From positions 1 to 64,000 of the forward strand of contig JAHLWP010000020.1 of assembly GCA_019057865.1 (NCBI GenBank): DNA of 64,000 nucleotides, in the 5' to 3' direction. A program made the translations under genes and the position numbers. A model generated the notes under the pieces. It worked only from the letters and a program-made list of their open reading frames with translations, ran no database searches and was not told the DNA's origin. This document shows, in pieces, positions 10,862-21,045 of the stretch. This DNA is from Promethearchaeota archaeon (GTDB lineage: Archaea > Asgardarchaeota > Lokiarchaeia > Sigyniarchaeales > SOKP01). Numbering within the stretch: the stretch's first letter is position 1; every line of letters begins with the position of its first letter.

Positions 10862-12367
10862 ATGGTTCAAATTGTAAATAATAAATTGTTTGAGAAAATT
10901 TCTCCTAATGAATTGATGGAAGCTACATATAAAGCTTCAGGAAATTTCCAAGTAAGAGCTTTTTTTGAAGCTAAAGATGAAATCTTAAAAACAGGTAAAT
11001 ATACAGAAGAAGAATTTTATAACCTCTTAGATGGGATGGTAGATGCAGAAACAGAACGTCATTTAGTTTTGAATAAAATGAAAGGAAAAAAACCTCTTTT
11101 TTTAGAAGAAATTGTCGAAATAATCAAAGAATTTCCTCCTGAAAATGTAATAGGGGATATTATTTACTTAAAGGAACAAGCATATATTGAGGAACATATT
11201 GAGATTAAAACGAAAACTGTTATAAAAAAAATAAAGGGAGAAGAAAAGGAAGTCGAAGAAAAGGAATATTTTTATAGATATCAAGCGAAGAAGCTTCCAG
11301 ATGATTTTATTGAATATTATCTTGAACCAGTTTCTATTGTATTTGATGCTGGCGTATGTTGTCACTGTGGATGGTGTGCCTCTATTTGTCCTGTCAATGC
11401 AATCGCAGTAACTGCTGATACTCTTGAAATAGATGATGAAGTTTGTATGAAGTGTGGATTATGCTATTCTGTTTGTCCTCGTTCCTTTTCAATTGAACAA
11501 GCTTTATTGAGTATGAAAAAGATTGATAAATCTCTTAAATTTTCAGAAAAGATTAATGGTTATATTAATACATATTCTGCCACATCAACTAAGGATAAGA
11601 TTAAAAAAGTACGACAAGATGGAGGCATTGTAACCTCCTTACTTGAATATTTATTAAAAAATAAATTAGTTGATGCAATTGTAGCAGTGCAACATTCAAA
11701 AGATTTCTGGAAGCCAGAACCTGTAATTGTAGATAATTTAAGCGATTTATATAAAACGGGTGGAACTAAATATGCAAATGCATCAACTTTAGCAATTATT
11801 GATAAAGCAAAAAAATATAGGAATATAGCTGTTGTAGGGACCCCATGCATGATAAATGCAATTGAAAAAAATAATTTATTTCCAAGTAGAATACTTTTTT
11901 TCAATAATATTAAATATAAAATTGGGCTTTTTTGCATGGAATCTTTTTCTTATGAAGGCGTTCTTAAATTAATTAAAGAGCAATTTGATAAAGATTTTAA
12001 AAAAGTAACTAAGATGGATATAAGTGGTGGAAAATTTATCATTTATTTGGATTCGGGGGAAGATTTAAGAGTCCCGCTTAAAGATGTTAAGTCTTATGCC
12101 CGGCATAATTGTCATTATTGTGAAGATTTGACATCAGATTATGCAGACATATCTGTAGGCTCAATTGGCTCCCAAGGAGGTTGGTCTTCTGTTATCACTC
12201 GTTCAAAGAAAGGCGAGGAAATTTTCCAAGGAGCTGTTGAAGAAGGCTTGATTGAGTATCAGAATTTAAAGGATGTTAAACCAGGACAAGGTCTTTTAGA
12301 AAGAATTGCCGGTACAAAAAGAAAAAATTGTAAGCCAATTGAATTAAATAAAAATCAAAAACCTTAA
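10862..12367 (+). CDS. F420 hydrogenase/dehydrogenase beta-subunit-like protein with ferredoxin and N-terminal extension
   Basis: Two CxxCxxCxxxCP motifs, plus QDGGIVT, GGTKY, VGTPC, IGLFCME and DISVGSIGS. Confidence 0.88.
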   Translation: MVQIVNNKLFEKISPNELMEATYKASGNFQVRAFFEAKDEILKTGKYTEEEFYNLLDGMVDAETERHLVLNKMKGKKPLFLEEIVEIIKEFPPENVIGDIIYLKEQAYIEEHIEIKTKTVIKKIKGEEKEVEEKEYFYRYQAKKLPDDFIEYYLEPVSIVFDAGVCCHCGWCASICPVNAIAVTADTLEIDDEVCMKCGLCYSVCPRSFSIEQALLSMKKIDKSLKFSEKINGYINTYSATSTKDKIKKVRQDGGIVTSLLEYLLKNKLVDAIVAVQHSKDFWKPEPVIVDNLSDLYKTGGTKYANASTLAIIDKAKKYRNIAVVGTPCMINAIEKNNLFPSRILFFNNIKYKIGLFCMESFSYEGVLKLIKEQFDKDFKKVTKMDISGGKFIIYLDSGEDLRVPLKDVKSYARHNCHYCEDLTSDYADISVGSIGSQGGWSSVITRSKKGEEIFQGAVEEGLIEYQNLKDVKPGQGLLERIAGTKRKNCKPIELNKNQKP

Positions 12368-12371
12368 TTGA

Positions 12372-13478
12372 TTGAGTTTTATGAGTACAAAAACATTTCA
12401 AGATTTAATAACGGAAGTTCATGAGAGGGGAATATGTCAAGAATGCGGAGGATGTGTAAGTTTTTGTAGTTCAGCTGAGTATGATGTTATTGGTCTGAAA
12501 GATCCTTATAAACCTCCTGAATATATTAATAAGGAAAAATGTCTTGAATGTGGGATATGTTACTATATATGTCCTCAGACTCATATTTTAGATAATGAGC
12601 TTAATAAAACTTATAAATTTACTGATTATTCTTCAATGCCTATAGGACATTATGAAGATATTTACTCTTGTCAAGCTACTGACGCAGAGTTTTTAAAGTA
12701 TGGAACTGATGGTGGGGTTGTAAATTCTATTATAAATTTTTTAATAGAAAAGAAGTTAATTGATGGTTCTGTAGTATCAAAAACAGAAGCTCCATTTTCT
12801 AGAGAAGCTACATTTGCTAATAGTAAATATGATTTATTAAAAGCTTCAGGAGCTAAGTTTGATATTTCATCTCAATTGGATGAAATTCAAAAGTTCTGTA
12901 CATATACTCATTCAATTCCCGAATTAAATCATTATAAATTCAAAAAATTAGCAGTTGTAGGTACACCATGCCAGATTTATACTTTGAGATGTATGCAAGA
13001 TTTGGGTGTTACTCCTTCTCAGAACATTGAAATATGCCTTGGACTCTTCTGTTATGAGAATTTTTTGTTTGATAGATCCCAAATTGCTAAATTTGAGAAA
13101 GATTTCAATATAAAAATTAGAAATATTGAAAAAATCAATATCAAGGAAGATTTAATTTTTAGATTAAAAGATAATAAGGTAATTCATGTACCTTTTAACC
13201 ATTTAAATGATTATATGCGCCCTGCTTGTAATGCATGCGGTGATTTTATAAATATCTATGCGGATATTTCTTTTGGAGGTCTAGGTTCTCCGGATAAATA
13301 TACTACTGTTATAACTCGAACAGAAAAGGGAAAAGATATCTTTTCTAGAGCATTAGAAGCAGGTATAATTAAAAATTTAGATTTAGATGAGACAAAAAAG
13401 AAGAAGATGATTGATTTAATTAGTCAATATTCTCAATCAAAATTAAAACGTCAAGAAAATTTTATGTATAATCTATAA
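12372..13478 (+). CDS. FrhB/FdhB-family protein
   Basis: CQECGGC, TDGGVV, VGTPCQ, GLFCYE and ADISFGG motifs. Confidence 0.88.
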   Translation: MSFMSTKTFQDLITEVHERGICQECGGCVSFCSSAEYDVIGLKDPYKPPEYINKEKCLECGICYYICPQTHILDNELNKTYKFTDYSSMPIGHYEDIYSCQATDAEFLKYGTDGGVVNSIINFLIEKKLIDGSVVSKTEAPFSREATFANSKYDLLKASGAKFDISSQLDEIQKFCTYTHSIPELNHYKFKKLAVVGTPCQIYTLRCMQDLGVTPSQNIEICLGLFCYENFLFDRSQIAKFEKDFNIKIRNIEKINIKEDLIFRLKDNKVIHVPFNHLNDYMRPACNACGDFINIYADISFGGLGSPDKYTTVITRTEKGKDIFSRALEAGIIKNLDLDETKKKKMIDLISQYSQSKLKRQENFMYNL

Positions 13479-13554
13479 TAGAGATGAGATCACGATAACT
13501 GAATCAAAAAGAGATATTGAACGGAAAAAATTATTTTCTGATACATTAGATTAT

Positions 13555-14766
13555 TTGGAAAAGATATATGAGCCAGATTTAAGAAATCTTTTGAGAAGGT
13601 GCTATCAGTGTGGACGCTGTAGTGGAGTATGTCAATTAAGTAAAGTTCAAAAATATACACCAAGTAAAATAATTCAACTAATATTAGAAGGTTTTGAAGA
13701 TAAAGTACTAGAAAGTGGCGATTTGTGGGATTGTTTAACTTGTAATCAATGTCTTAAGGATTGTCCCGAAGAAATCAATTTCGCGGATATTATAAGGAAT
13801 GCTAGATATAAAATGAGACATTCTGCTAATCAAAATCCTGACGAATTTATTGCTCATAAAGGGATTTATACAACTATTTCTGAAATCATGAGTCGTCCTT
13901 ATATAACACCAGAAAGATCCCTTGATTGGATTCCTAAAGGATGTAAAATTTCAGATAGAGGAAATATTTTATATTATGTAGGGTGTTTACCTTTTTTTAA
14001 TTATGAATTTGAGAATTTAGATTCTATTGCGAAAAGCACATTAAAAATATTATGTCAAATTGAAAAGGAACCTATTGTCATATTTAAGGAAGAAAGTTGT
14101 TGTGGTCATGATATTTATTGGGGCCAAGGTAAATTAAAAACCTTTATAAAGCTCGCTAAAAAGAATATAGAAATGTTTGAAAAAGCAGGTATATCCAAAA
14201 TTGTAACCGCTTGTGCTGAATGCTATAGGACATTTAAAGTTGATTATCCAAATATATTTGAAGATTTTAATGATAAGTTTGATGTGAAACACGTTATTGA
14301 ATATATTTATGATAAATGGAAAGAAAACATAATTCAATTTCAAAATCCAAATCAAAAAAGTGAAAAAATACCCTTTACATATCACGATCCATGTAGGCTA
14401 AGTAGATTTTTACCTAAAGATAATAATATTATGGGAAAAGTTCGAGAGATCTTTAAAGAATTCAAAGACTTAGGTTATAATTTTAACGAAATGGAACATA
14501 ATCAAAAAAACGCTTTATGTTGTGGAGTAAGTTCCTGGATGAATTGTAATGAAAAATCTAAAGCATTACGATATAAAAGAATGTTAGAAGCAAAATCAGC
14601 GGGAGAAATAATGGTTACTTCCTGCCCAAAATGTAGAATACATCTTAGCTGTCTTCAGGATGATTATGAAGATATTGCATCAATTGAAATTTTAGATTTT
14701 TCAGAATTTCTAATTAACCATATAAAGTTAGTTAAACCTGATATAAAAGGTGAGGAAAAGAAATAA
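13555..14766 (+). CDS. HdrD/GlpC-like Fe-S oxidoreductase (4Fe-4S dicluster plus CCG domains)
   Basis: CYQCGRCSGVC and CLTCNQCLKDCP, two CCG domains, YHDPC. Confidence 0.88.
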   Translation: MEKIYEPDLRNLLRRCYQCGRCSGVCQLSKVQKYTPSKIIQLILEGFEDKVLESGDLWDCLTCNQCLKDCPEEINFADIIRNARYKMRHSANQNPDEFIAHKGIYTTISEIMSRPYITPERSLDWIPKGCKISDRGNILYYVGCLPFFNYEFENLDSIAKSTLKILCQIEKEPIVIFKEESCCGHDIYWGQGKLKTFIKLAKKNIEMFEKAGISKIVTACAECYRTFKVDYPNIFEDFNDKFDVKHVIEYIYDKWKENIIQFQNPNQKSEKIPFTYHDPCRLSRFLPKDNNIMGKVREIFKEFKDLGYNFNEMEHNQKNALCCGVSSWMNCNEKSKALRYKRMLEAKSAGEIMVTSCPKCRIHLSCLQDDYEDIASIEILDFSEFLINHIKLVKPDIKGEEKK

Positions 14767-17700
14767 TGGAAGGTTCAGTCTTAATAATTGGAGGAGGTAT
14801 AGCTGGTATACAAACTTCTTTAGATCTTACTGAATTAGGGTTTAAAGTCTATTTAGTGGAAAGAACTCCCTCAATTGGCGGTCGTATGGCTCAACTTGAC
14901 AAAACATTTCCTACAAATGATTGCAGCTTATGTATTCTTGCCCCTAAAATGGTAGAAGTATTTCGAAATCCAAATATCGAATTAATGGCATATCATGAAG
15001 TGCAAAAAGTTGCTGGTAAACCAGGAGATTTTACTGTTACTGTTCTTAAGAAACCTCGTTATATAGATGATATAAAATGTAAAGGATGTGGAGATTGTGC
15101 TACTAAGTGTCCAAAAATAGAAGTACCTAATATCTTTGACATGAATTTAGGTAAGAGAAAATCAGTATATATTCCTTTTCCTCAAGCAGTTCCTCCAGTA
15201 TATCTAATAGACCCTGAATTATGTTTGAAACTTACTAAGGGGGTATGTGGAGTCTGTGAGAAAGTTTGTACTGCAGAGGCAATTGATTTTGAACAGCAGC
15301 CAAAAGAAATAGAATTAAAAGTTGGAGCAATTGTAGTTGCTACGGGGTTTGATATGTTTGCTGAAGAGTTATCTTCTCGATGGGGTTATCATTATGAAAA
15401 TGTAGTTAATGCACTTGAATATGAACGAATCCTATGTGCCTCTGGACCTTTTGGAGGTCATGTTTTAAGACCAAGTGATCAAAAAGAACCTGAAAAAATT
15501 GCTTTTATTCAATGCGCAGGCTCAAGAGATTTACATGAAGGGGTGCCTTATTGCTCTAGTGTGTGTTGTATGTATACCGCTAAAGAAGCAATCATAACAA
15601 AGGAACATTCCGAAAAATCACAATGCTATGTGTTTAGACATGATATCAGAGCATTTGGTAAAAACTTTTATGAATTCACTCAGCGGGCCCAAGAAGAATA
15701 TGGAGTGAAATATTTTCAAACTAAAATTAGTAAGATTGTAGAAGATCCTGAATCAAATGATTTAATCATACATTATGAAGATTTAAAAACTGGAGAATTT
15801 AAAGATTTTAAAGCAAATTTAGTAGTTTTAGCTACACCTTTAGTTCCTTCGAAAGGAACAGAAGAACTAGGTAAAATATTAGATATCGAGTTAGATCATT
15901 ATAATTTTTATAAAGAAAAAACTTACTTTAACAAATCTTTATCCTCAAAAGATGGTATCTTCTTATGCGGATTTTGTCAAGGACCAATGGATATTCCAGA
16001 AACTGTTGCAGATGCTAGCGGAGTAGCTTCCCAGGTAGCTACTTTATTAAACTCTGTTAAATTTACCGAAGTGAAAGAAAAATATTATGAAATTCCAGAA
16101 AAAGAAGTTAAAATTACTGATGAGCCTAGAATAGGGGTACTTATTTGCCATTGTGGTATTAACATAGGTAAATATGTAGATGTTCCAGAAGTAAGAGAAT
16201 ATATTAAAACCTTACCCAATGTAATACATTGTGAAGATAATTTATATTCATGTAGCTCTGATTCACAAGAGAGAATTAAAGAATTAATTGCTGAACACAA
16301 TTTAAATAAATTCATCGTTGCTTCATGTACTCCCCGAACTCATGAGGCGTTATTCCAAGAAACATGCCAAGAAGCAGGAATGAATAAATATCTATTTGAG
16401 ATGGTTAATATTCGCGATCAATGCTCTTGGGTTCATATGACTGAAAAAGAGGCTGCTACAGAAAAATCAAAAGATCTTTTAAGGATGTCATTAGCAAAAA
16501 CTCGGTTACTTAAACCACAACCTGAAGAGAAATTGCAAATCACCCCAACAGGTTTAATAATAGGTGGTGGTGTTGCAGGTATGACAGCTGCTTTAAATTT
16601 AGCAGATCAAGGATTTAAAACTTATCTTGTTGAAAAAGAAGCCAAATTAGGTGGAAATCTAAATAATTTGAATATTTTGTATCCCATTCAAGAGGATGCT
16701 TCAATTTTCCTAAAGGAAATAACTCAGAAAGTTGAGAACCATAAAAATATTGAAATTCTAATCAAATCTAAAATTAATTCCATCAAGGGTTTTGTTGGTA
16801 ATTATGAGGTATCAATTAGCAATTCGGGAACAGATCCCAAGGAATTGAAAATCGGGACTATTATTGTAGCTACTGGAGCTCAAGAATTAAAGCCTCAAGG
16901 AATATTTCAATATGGAGATAAAAATGATGATGTAATAACCCAATTAGAATTAGAACAGAAACTCCAAGATGCAGACAAATCTTGGCTTGAAAAAACTAAT
17001 CGTATAACATTTATTTTATGTGCTAATGCTAGACAAAAAGAGGGAATAACATATTGTTCAAATGTTTGTTGCGGAACTTCAATTAAAAATATTAATATTT
17101 TAAAAGAACTAAAACCAGAACTGGAAATCATTGTTCTTTATAGAGATCTTCAAATGGCTAAAAAGGAATTTGAAGAATATTATCGAAATCGAAGGAAAGA
17201 TGCGATGTTCCTTAGATATGATTTAGATAATTTACCAGAAATAACAAAGCAAAGTAAAGAAAAATATGGAATCAAAGTGTTTGATACAAATTTGCAAGAC
17301 GAAATCACTTATATAACTGATATGATTGTTTTAGCCACTCCTATGATACCGGCAGATAATTTGGAAGAATTAGCCAAAATGCTTAAAGTTCCCCTAGATA
17401 GAACTGGATTTTTCTTAGAAGCTCATGTTAAACTAAGACCCTTAGATTTTGCTACTGATGGTGTCTTTTTATGTGGATGCGCTCAATGGCCTAAAAACAT
17501 ACAAGATTCAATATCACAAGCAAATGGAGCAGCTGGACGGGCTAGCAGGTTTTTAAGTGCAAAAGAAATTACAACTTCAGGTTTAGTAGCTGAAGTAAAT
17601 CCAGATAAATGCATTGGATGTGGAGAATGTGAAGAAGTTTGCCCATATAAAGCTATAGAACTAATAGAAACAACTAAAGAATTTGAGGAAGTTAGTATTG

Positions 17701-17861
17701 TTATCAAAAAAGCAAGTATTAATTCAGCTCTCTGCAAAGGATGTGGAACATGTGCAGCTACGTGTAAAGTTGGAGCTATTATGGTTAAACATTATGATTT
17801 TGACCAAATTTCAGCCATGATTGATTCATATCTTTTAGAAAAAGAAGAGGTAAAAAATTAA
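14766..17861 (+). CDS. hdrA: Large HdrA-like flavoprotein (Cys type, two FAD-binding modules)
   Basis: GGGIAG, MAQLDKTFPTNDC, CSSVCC, a second GGGVAG and C-terminal ferredoxins. Confidence 0.92.
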   Translation: MEGSVLIIGGGIAGIQTSLDLTELGFKVYLVERTPSIGGRMAQLDKTFPTNDCSLCILAPKMVEVFRNPNIELMAYHEVQKVAGKPGDFTVTVLKKPRYIDDIKCKGCGDCATKCPKIEVPNIFDMNLGKRKSVYIPFPQAVPPVYLIDPELCLKLTKGVCGVCEKVCTAEAIDFEQQPKEIELKVGAIVVATGFDMFAEELSSRWGYHYENVVNALEYERILCASGPFGGHVLRPSDQKEPEKIAFIQCAGSRDLHEGVPYCSSVCCMYTAKEAIITKEHSEKSQCYVFRHDIRAFGKNFYEFTQRAQEEYGVKYFQTKISKIVEDPESNDLIIHYEDLKTGEFKDFKANLVVLATPLVPSKGTEELGKILDIELDHYNFYKEKTYFNKSLSSKDGIFLCGFCQGPMDIPETVADASGVASQVATLLNSVKFTEVKEKYYEIPEKEVKITDEPRIGVLICHCGINIGKYVDVPEVREYIKTLPNVIHCEDNLYSCSSDSQERIKELIAEHNLNKFIVASCTPRTHEALFQETCQEAGMNKYLFEMVNIRDQCSWVHMTEKEAATEKSKDLLRMSLAKTRLLKPQPEEKLQITPTGLIIGGGVAGMTAALNLADQGFKTYLVEKEAKLGGNLNNLNILYPIQEDASIFLKEITQKVENHKNIEILIKSKINSIKGFVGNYEVSISNSGTDPKELKIGTIIVATGAQELKPQGIFQYGDKNDDVITQLELEQKLQDADKSWLEKTNRITFILCANARQKEGITYCSNVCCGTSIKNINILKELKPELEIIVLYRDLQMAKKEFEEYYRNRRKDAMFLRYDLDNLPEITKQSKEKYGIKVFDTNLQDEITYITDMIVLATPMIPADNLEELAKMLKVPLDRTGFFLEAHVKLRPLDFATDGVFLCGCAQWPKNIQDSISQANGAAGRASRFLSAKEITTSGLVAEVNPDKCIGCGECEEVCPYKAIELIETTKEFEEVSIVIKKASINSALCKGCGTCAATCKVGAIMVKHYDFDQISAMIDSYLLEKEEVKN

Positions 17862-17880
17862 TTTTAAAGGTGAAAAAACC

Positions 17881-18318
17881 ATGTCGAAGTCAAAAGGAAA
17901 AGCAAAACAAAAAGATTTTGAACCCAATATTTTAGTTTTCTGTTGTAATTGGTGTTCATATGCAGGAGCAGATTTAGCAGGGGTTTCCAGATTCCAATAT
18001 CCCCCTAATATGAGAATTGTGCGAGTAATGTGTTCTGGAAGAGTTGATCCTGCCTTTATAATAAAAGCTTTAAAAGAGGAAGTGGATGGGGTACTCATTA
18101 CAGGATGTCATATTGGCGACTGTCATTATATTTCTGGAAATGAGTATGCTAAAGAAAGATTTGGAAGACTACATAATATATTAATTAAGCAATTAGGTAT
18201 TAATCAAAAGAGAGTTAGATTAGAATGGGTTTCCGCTTCTGAAGGTAAAAAGTTTGCTGAATTAATTACAGAATTTACTAATGAAATAAAAGAGTTAGGT
18301 CCTCTTAAAATAATTTAA
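17881..18318 (+). CDS. mvhD: MvhD [2Fe-2S] subunit (Cys type)
   Basis: FCCNWCSYAGAD, RVMCSGRVD and GCHIGDCHY motifs. Confidence 0.93.
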   Translation: MSKSKGKAKQKDFEPNILVFCCNWCSYAGADLAGVSRFQYPPNMRIVRVMCSGRVDPAFIIKALKEEVDGVLITGCHIGDCHYISGNEYAKERFGRLHNILIKQLGINQKRVRLEWVSASEGKKFAELITEFTNEIKELGPLKII

Positions 18319-18378
18319 TTCGAAAACTTCGTAAAAGAACGGTTTCACGATCATTTAATGTAAGATATATTGAAATAT

Positions 18379-18528
18379 ATGAATATAATAACAAATCCAG
18401 AATACAAAGATATTGCCAAAGATCTTAGAAAAAGACTTGATGCATGGTTAAAAAACACAAATGATCCAATTTTAAAAGGAAGGATAAATCCTCAACCTCA
18501 AGTTAGATTTAAATATGATAATGTTTAA
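18379..18528 (+). pseudogene. C-terminal remnant of a sulfatase-family gene
   Basis: NIITNPEYKDIAKDLRKRLDAWLKNTNDP resembles the typical sulfatase C-terminus; the rest of the gene is missing. Confidence 0.55.
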
Positions 18529-18548
18529 AATCACGAGATTAAATATCA

Positions 18549-19823
18549 ATGATTAATAAACTCGCAGAAATATTTAATAAAATAGAACTTGAATGGATTG
18601 ATTCTTCAGAAGATTTAACAAATAGTAAACAATACCAGAATTTCATGGATTGTTTTCCAAACTTAAAATCAATCTTTAAGTTAGGTTTAAAAGAGAACGA
18701 AACTGAATTTAATAGAACTCTAAAACACATATTGAGAGTGTTCAAAGTATTTTTTCAATTAAAAGATGGAACTTTTATTCATGAAACCCTATCTTCTAAA
18801 TCAATCCAACTTATTAGCGAAAAAGTTATTAATCAATTGTGGGAAAATGAAAAGATTTTACCATTGATTCTTATATATCATGATATTGGTAGATTCTCCG
18901 ACCGAAAAAATCATCCTTACCACAGTTATCAACTAATATCTGAGAGAAAATTACTTGATTCATCTGATATTTCTGAAGATAAACAGTTACTAATTAAAAA
19001 AATAATTCAATACCATCTTCTATTTGCTACTATTTATACTGGTGAATCTACATTTTACGGAATATATACTTTACTTAATGACGAAAAATTCATACCAATA
19101 TTATCTAAGAAAAAGAATAGGGAACTTTTCATTAATCTTTTAGAGAAATTTACTTTTATTGATATTTTAGGATATAATTACGCTAAAATTTATGATCATT
19201 ATGTAGACTATTATAATGAAATTAATCTTATTTTGAAAGATATTTTAAATTGTTGGCCAGATAAAGAACTAATCTTAAAACGAGCCTATACTTATTCTCA
19301 AGAATGGCTTGAGTGGAGGATTGCTGGAGCCCTTAGAATATTTCAATTTGTTGAAACGAAGCCCCATTTAACCAAAGAATTTTATTTTAATAAATTAAAA
19401 GAGAGTATTAAGGGGACTAACAATGAATTGATTAGTAAACTCAATTGGGAAATATTAAAAAGTCAATATTTAATTCATTCCTATAAAATTCAAATAAAAT
19501 ATGGTTTACCATTTTTAATGATTTTAGCATTTGGCAATTTTCAGCGGATGGGGTTAAAAATAGATACAGGAATTTCATACAAATTAATTTTATTTTGGAC
19601 CCTACTCTCAAAAGAAATTGAATCACGAACTAAGGATAAAAAACTTTACTTATGGAATGTCTATTTAGTAGGAATGCCCCATTGGTCAAAAATAGATAAA
19701 ATATTTATAAATAAGTTAAACGATAATGCAATTGAATTAATTATTAAGAATGCTTCTCAAGAATTCATAAAGGAACGAAAGGAATATAACCTTTATTTGA
19801 ATTTAAAACAAATAATAGATTAA
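18549..19823 (+). CDS. HD-domain-like hypothetical protein
   Basis: H...YHDIG...H...YH pattern in a 424-aa ORF. Confidence 0.6.
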   Translation: MINKLAEIFNKIELEWIDSSEDLTNSKQYQNFMDCFPNLKSIFKLGLKENETEFNRTLKHILRVFKVFFQLKDGTFIHETLSSKSIQLISEKVINQLWENEKILPLILIYHDIGRFSDRKNHPYHSYQLISERKLLDSSDISEDKQLLIKKIIQYHLLFATIYTGESTFYGIYTLLNDEKFIPILSKKKNRELFINLLEKFTFIDILGYNYAKIYDHYVDYYNEINLILKDILNCWPDKELILKRAYTYSQEWLEWRIAGALRIFQFVETKPHLTKEFYFNKLKESIKGTNNELISKLNWEILKSQYLIHSYKIQIKYGLPFLMILAFGNFQRMGLKIDTGISYKLILFWTLLSKEIESRTKDKKLYLWNVYLVGMPHWSKIDKIFINKLNDNAIELIIKNASQEFIKERKEYNLYLNLKQIID

Positions 19824-19857
19824 ATATATAAATTTAAGTTAAAAGAGTTGGTCTTTT

Positions 19858-20841
19858 ATTAGAGCTGCTGTTCTTGAAGATGTCCAAAATATTGTATATA
19901 GAGAAGACTACCCAAAGCCTATTATTGGAACCAATGATGTTTTAGTAAAAGTTCATTATTGCGGGATATGTGGAAGTGATATACCAAATTTTAAATATAA
20001 ATTGTATCAAGTTCCCCTAATACTGGGTCATGAAATATCTGGAGAAGTAGCTGAAATTGGTGAGAACATAACTGATGTGAGAGTCGGAGATAAAGTAGTA
20101 GCGATAAATGTATTACTTGATGTACGTAAAGGCAAATTAGAAGGAATGGGAATATTTGACAATGGAGGATTTGCAGAATATGTTAGAGTAAAAAGCAAGA
20201 ATTTATTTCTCTCTCCTAAAAATATCTCTATTAAAGGAGCCACAATGATTGAATCATTTGCAAATATAACAAGAGCGATAAGAATTTCAAAAATGAGCAA
20301 AAATGAAAAGGTTCTTATCATTGGTGGGGGAAATATTGGATTGGCTTTCTTAAGTACAGCATTAAGCGAAAGAAATCCTGATTGTATCATTGTTGTTGAA
20401 CCTCATCAATTTTTAAGAGAAAAAGCTATAGAGCTCGGTGCAAATGAAGCAATTCTCCCAAGTAAGACAAAGATAAAAAAAACTTTAAAAAACTTTGGTG
20501 CTCCTACATATATTTTTGATAGTGTAGGAAGTGAACAAACGATATTAATAGCAATTGGTTTAATTGAAAGAGGTGGTACAATTTTAATAGAGGGTATTCA
20601 AAGGACAAAGATTTCATTACCTATATTTTCAATAATCAACAAAGAAATTACTCTAAAAGGATGTTTAGGACATGATAGTGAAGATATCTTAACAGCAATT
20701 GATTTATTTGCCAAAGAAAAAATTGATCCAAATAAATATATTTCTGATGTTGTTGATTTGAAAGATCTTCAAATCACTTTTCAAAAATTTCTTGAACCTA
20801 GGGAAAGAAAATTCATTAAAATTTTAGTAAAACCTAATTAA
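19858..20841 (+). CDS. Zn-dependent alcohol dehydrogenase (MDR family), probable ATT start
   Basis: The frame extends 48 codons upstream of the called TTG and includes RAAVLED and the Zn motif CGICGSD. GHE and GGGNIG follow. Confidence 0.8.
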   Translation: MRAAVLEDVQNIVYREDYPKPIIGTNDVLVKVHYCGICGSDIPNFKYKLYQVPLILGHEISGEVAEIGENITDVRVGDKVVAINVLLDVRKGKLEGMGIFDNGGFAEYVRVKSKNLFLSPKNISIKGATMIESFANITRAIRISKMSKNEKVLIIGGGNIGLAFLSTALSERNPDCIIVVEPHQFLREKAIELGANEAILPSKTKIKKTLKNFGAPTYIFDSVGSEQTILIAIGLIERGGTILIEGIQRTKISLPIFSIINKEITLKGCLGHDSEDILTAIDLFAKEKIDPNKYISDVVDLKDLQITFQKFLEPRERKFIKILVKPN

Positions 20842-21045
20842 TATTTTCTATAAAGTTAATACCCTAACTGGCAAGAAGAAACCTTATTATACATTTTCAG
20901 TTAAATAATATTATTGCCATATCTAAAAAAAGGATTTTGTTTCACTAAAATTTATTATTACCTTGTATTATATTTTAATTAACCTTTTAGATTAAGAATT
21001 ATTTAATTCTTTGGATATTAGAATAATTAATCAAATTGGTTGTAA

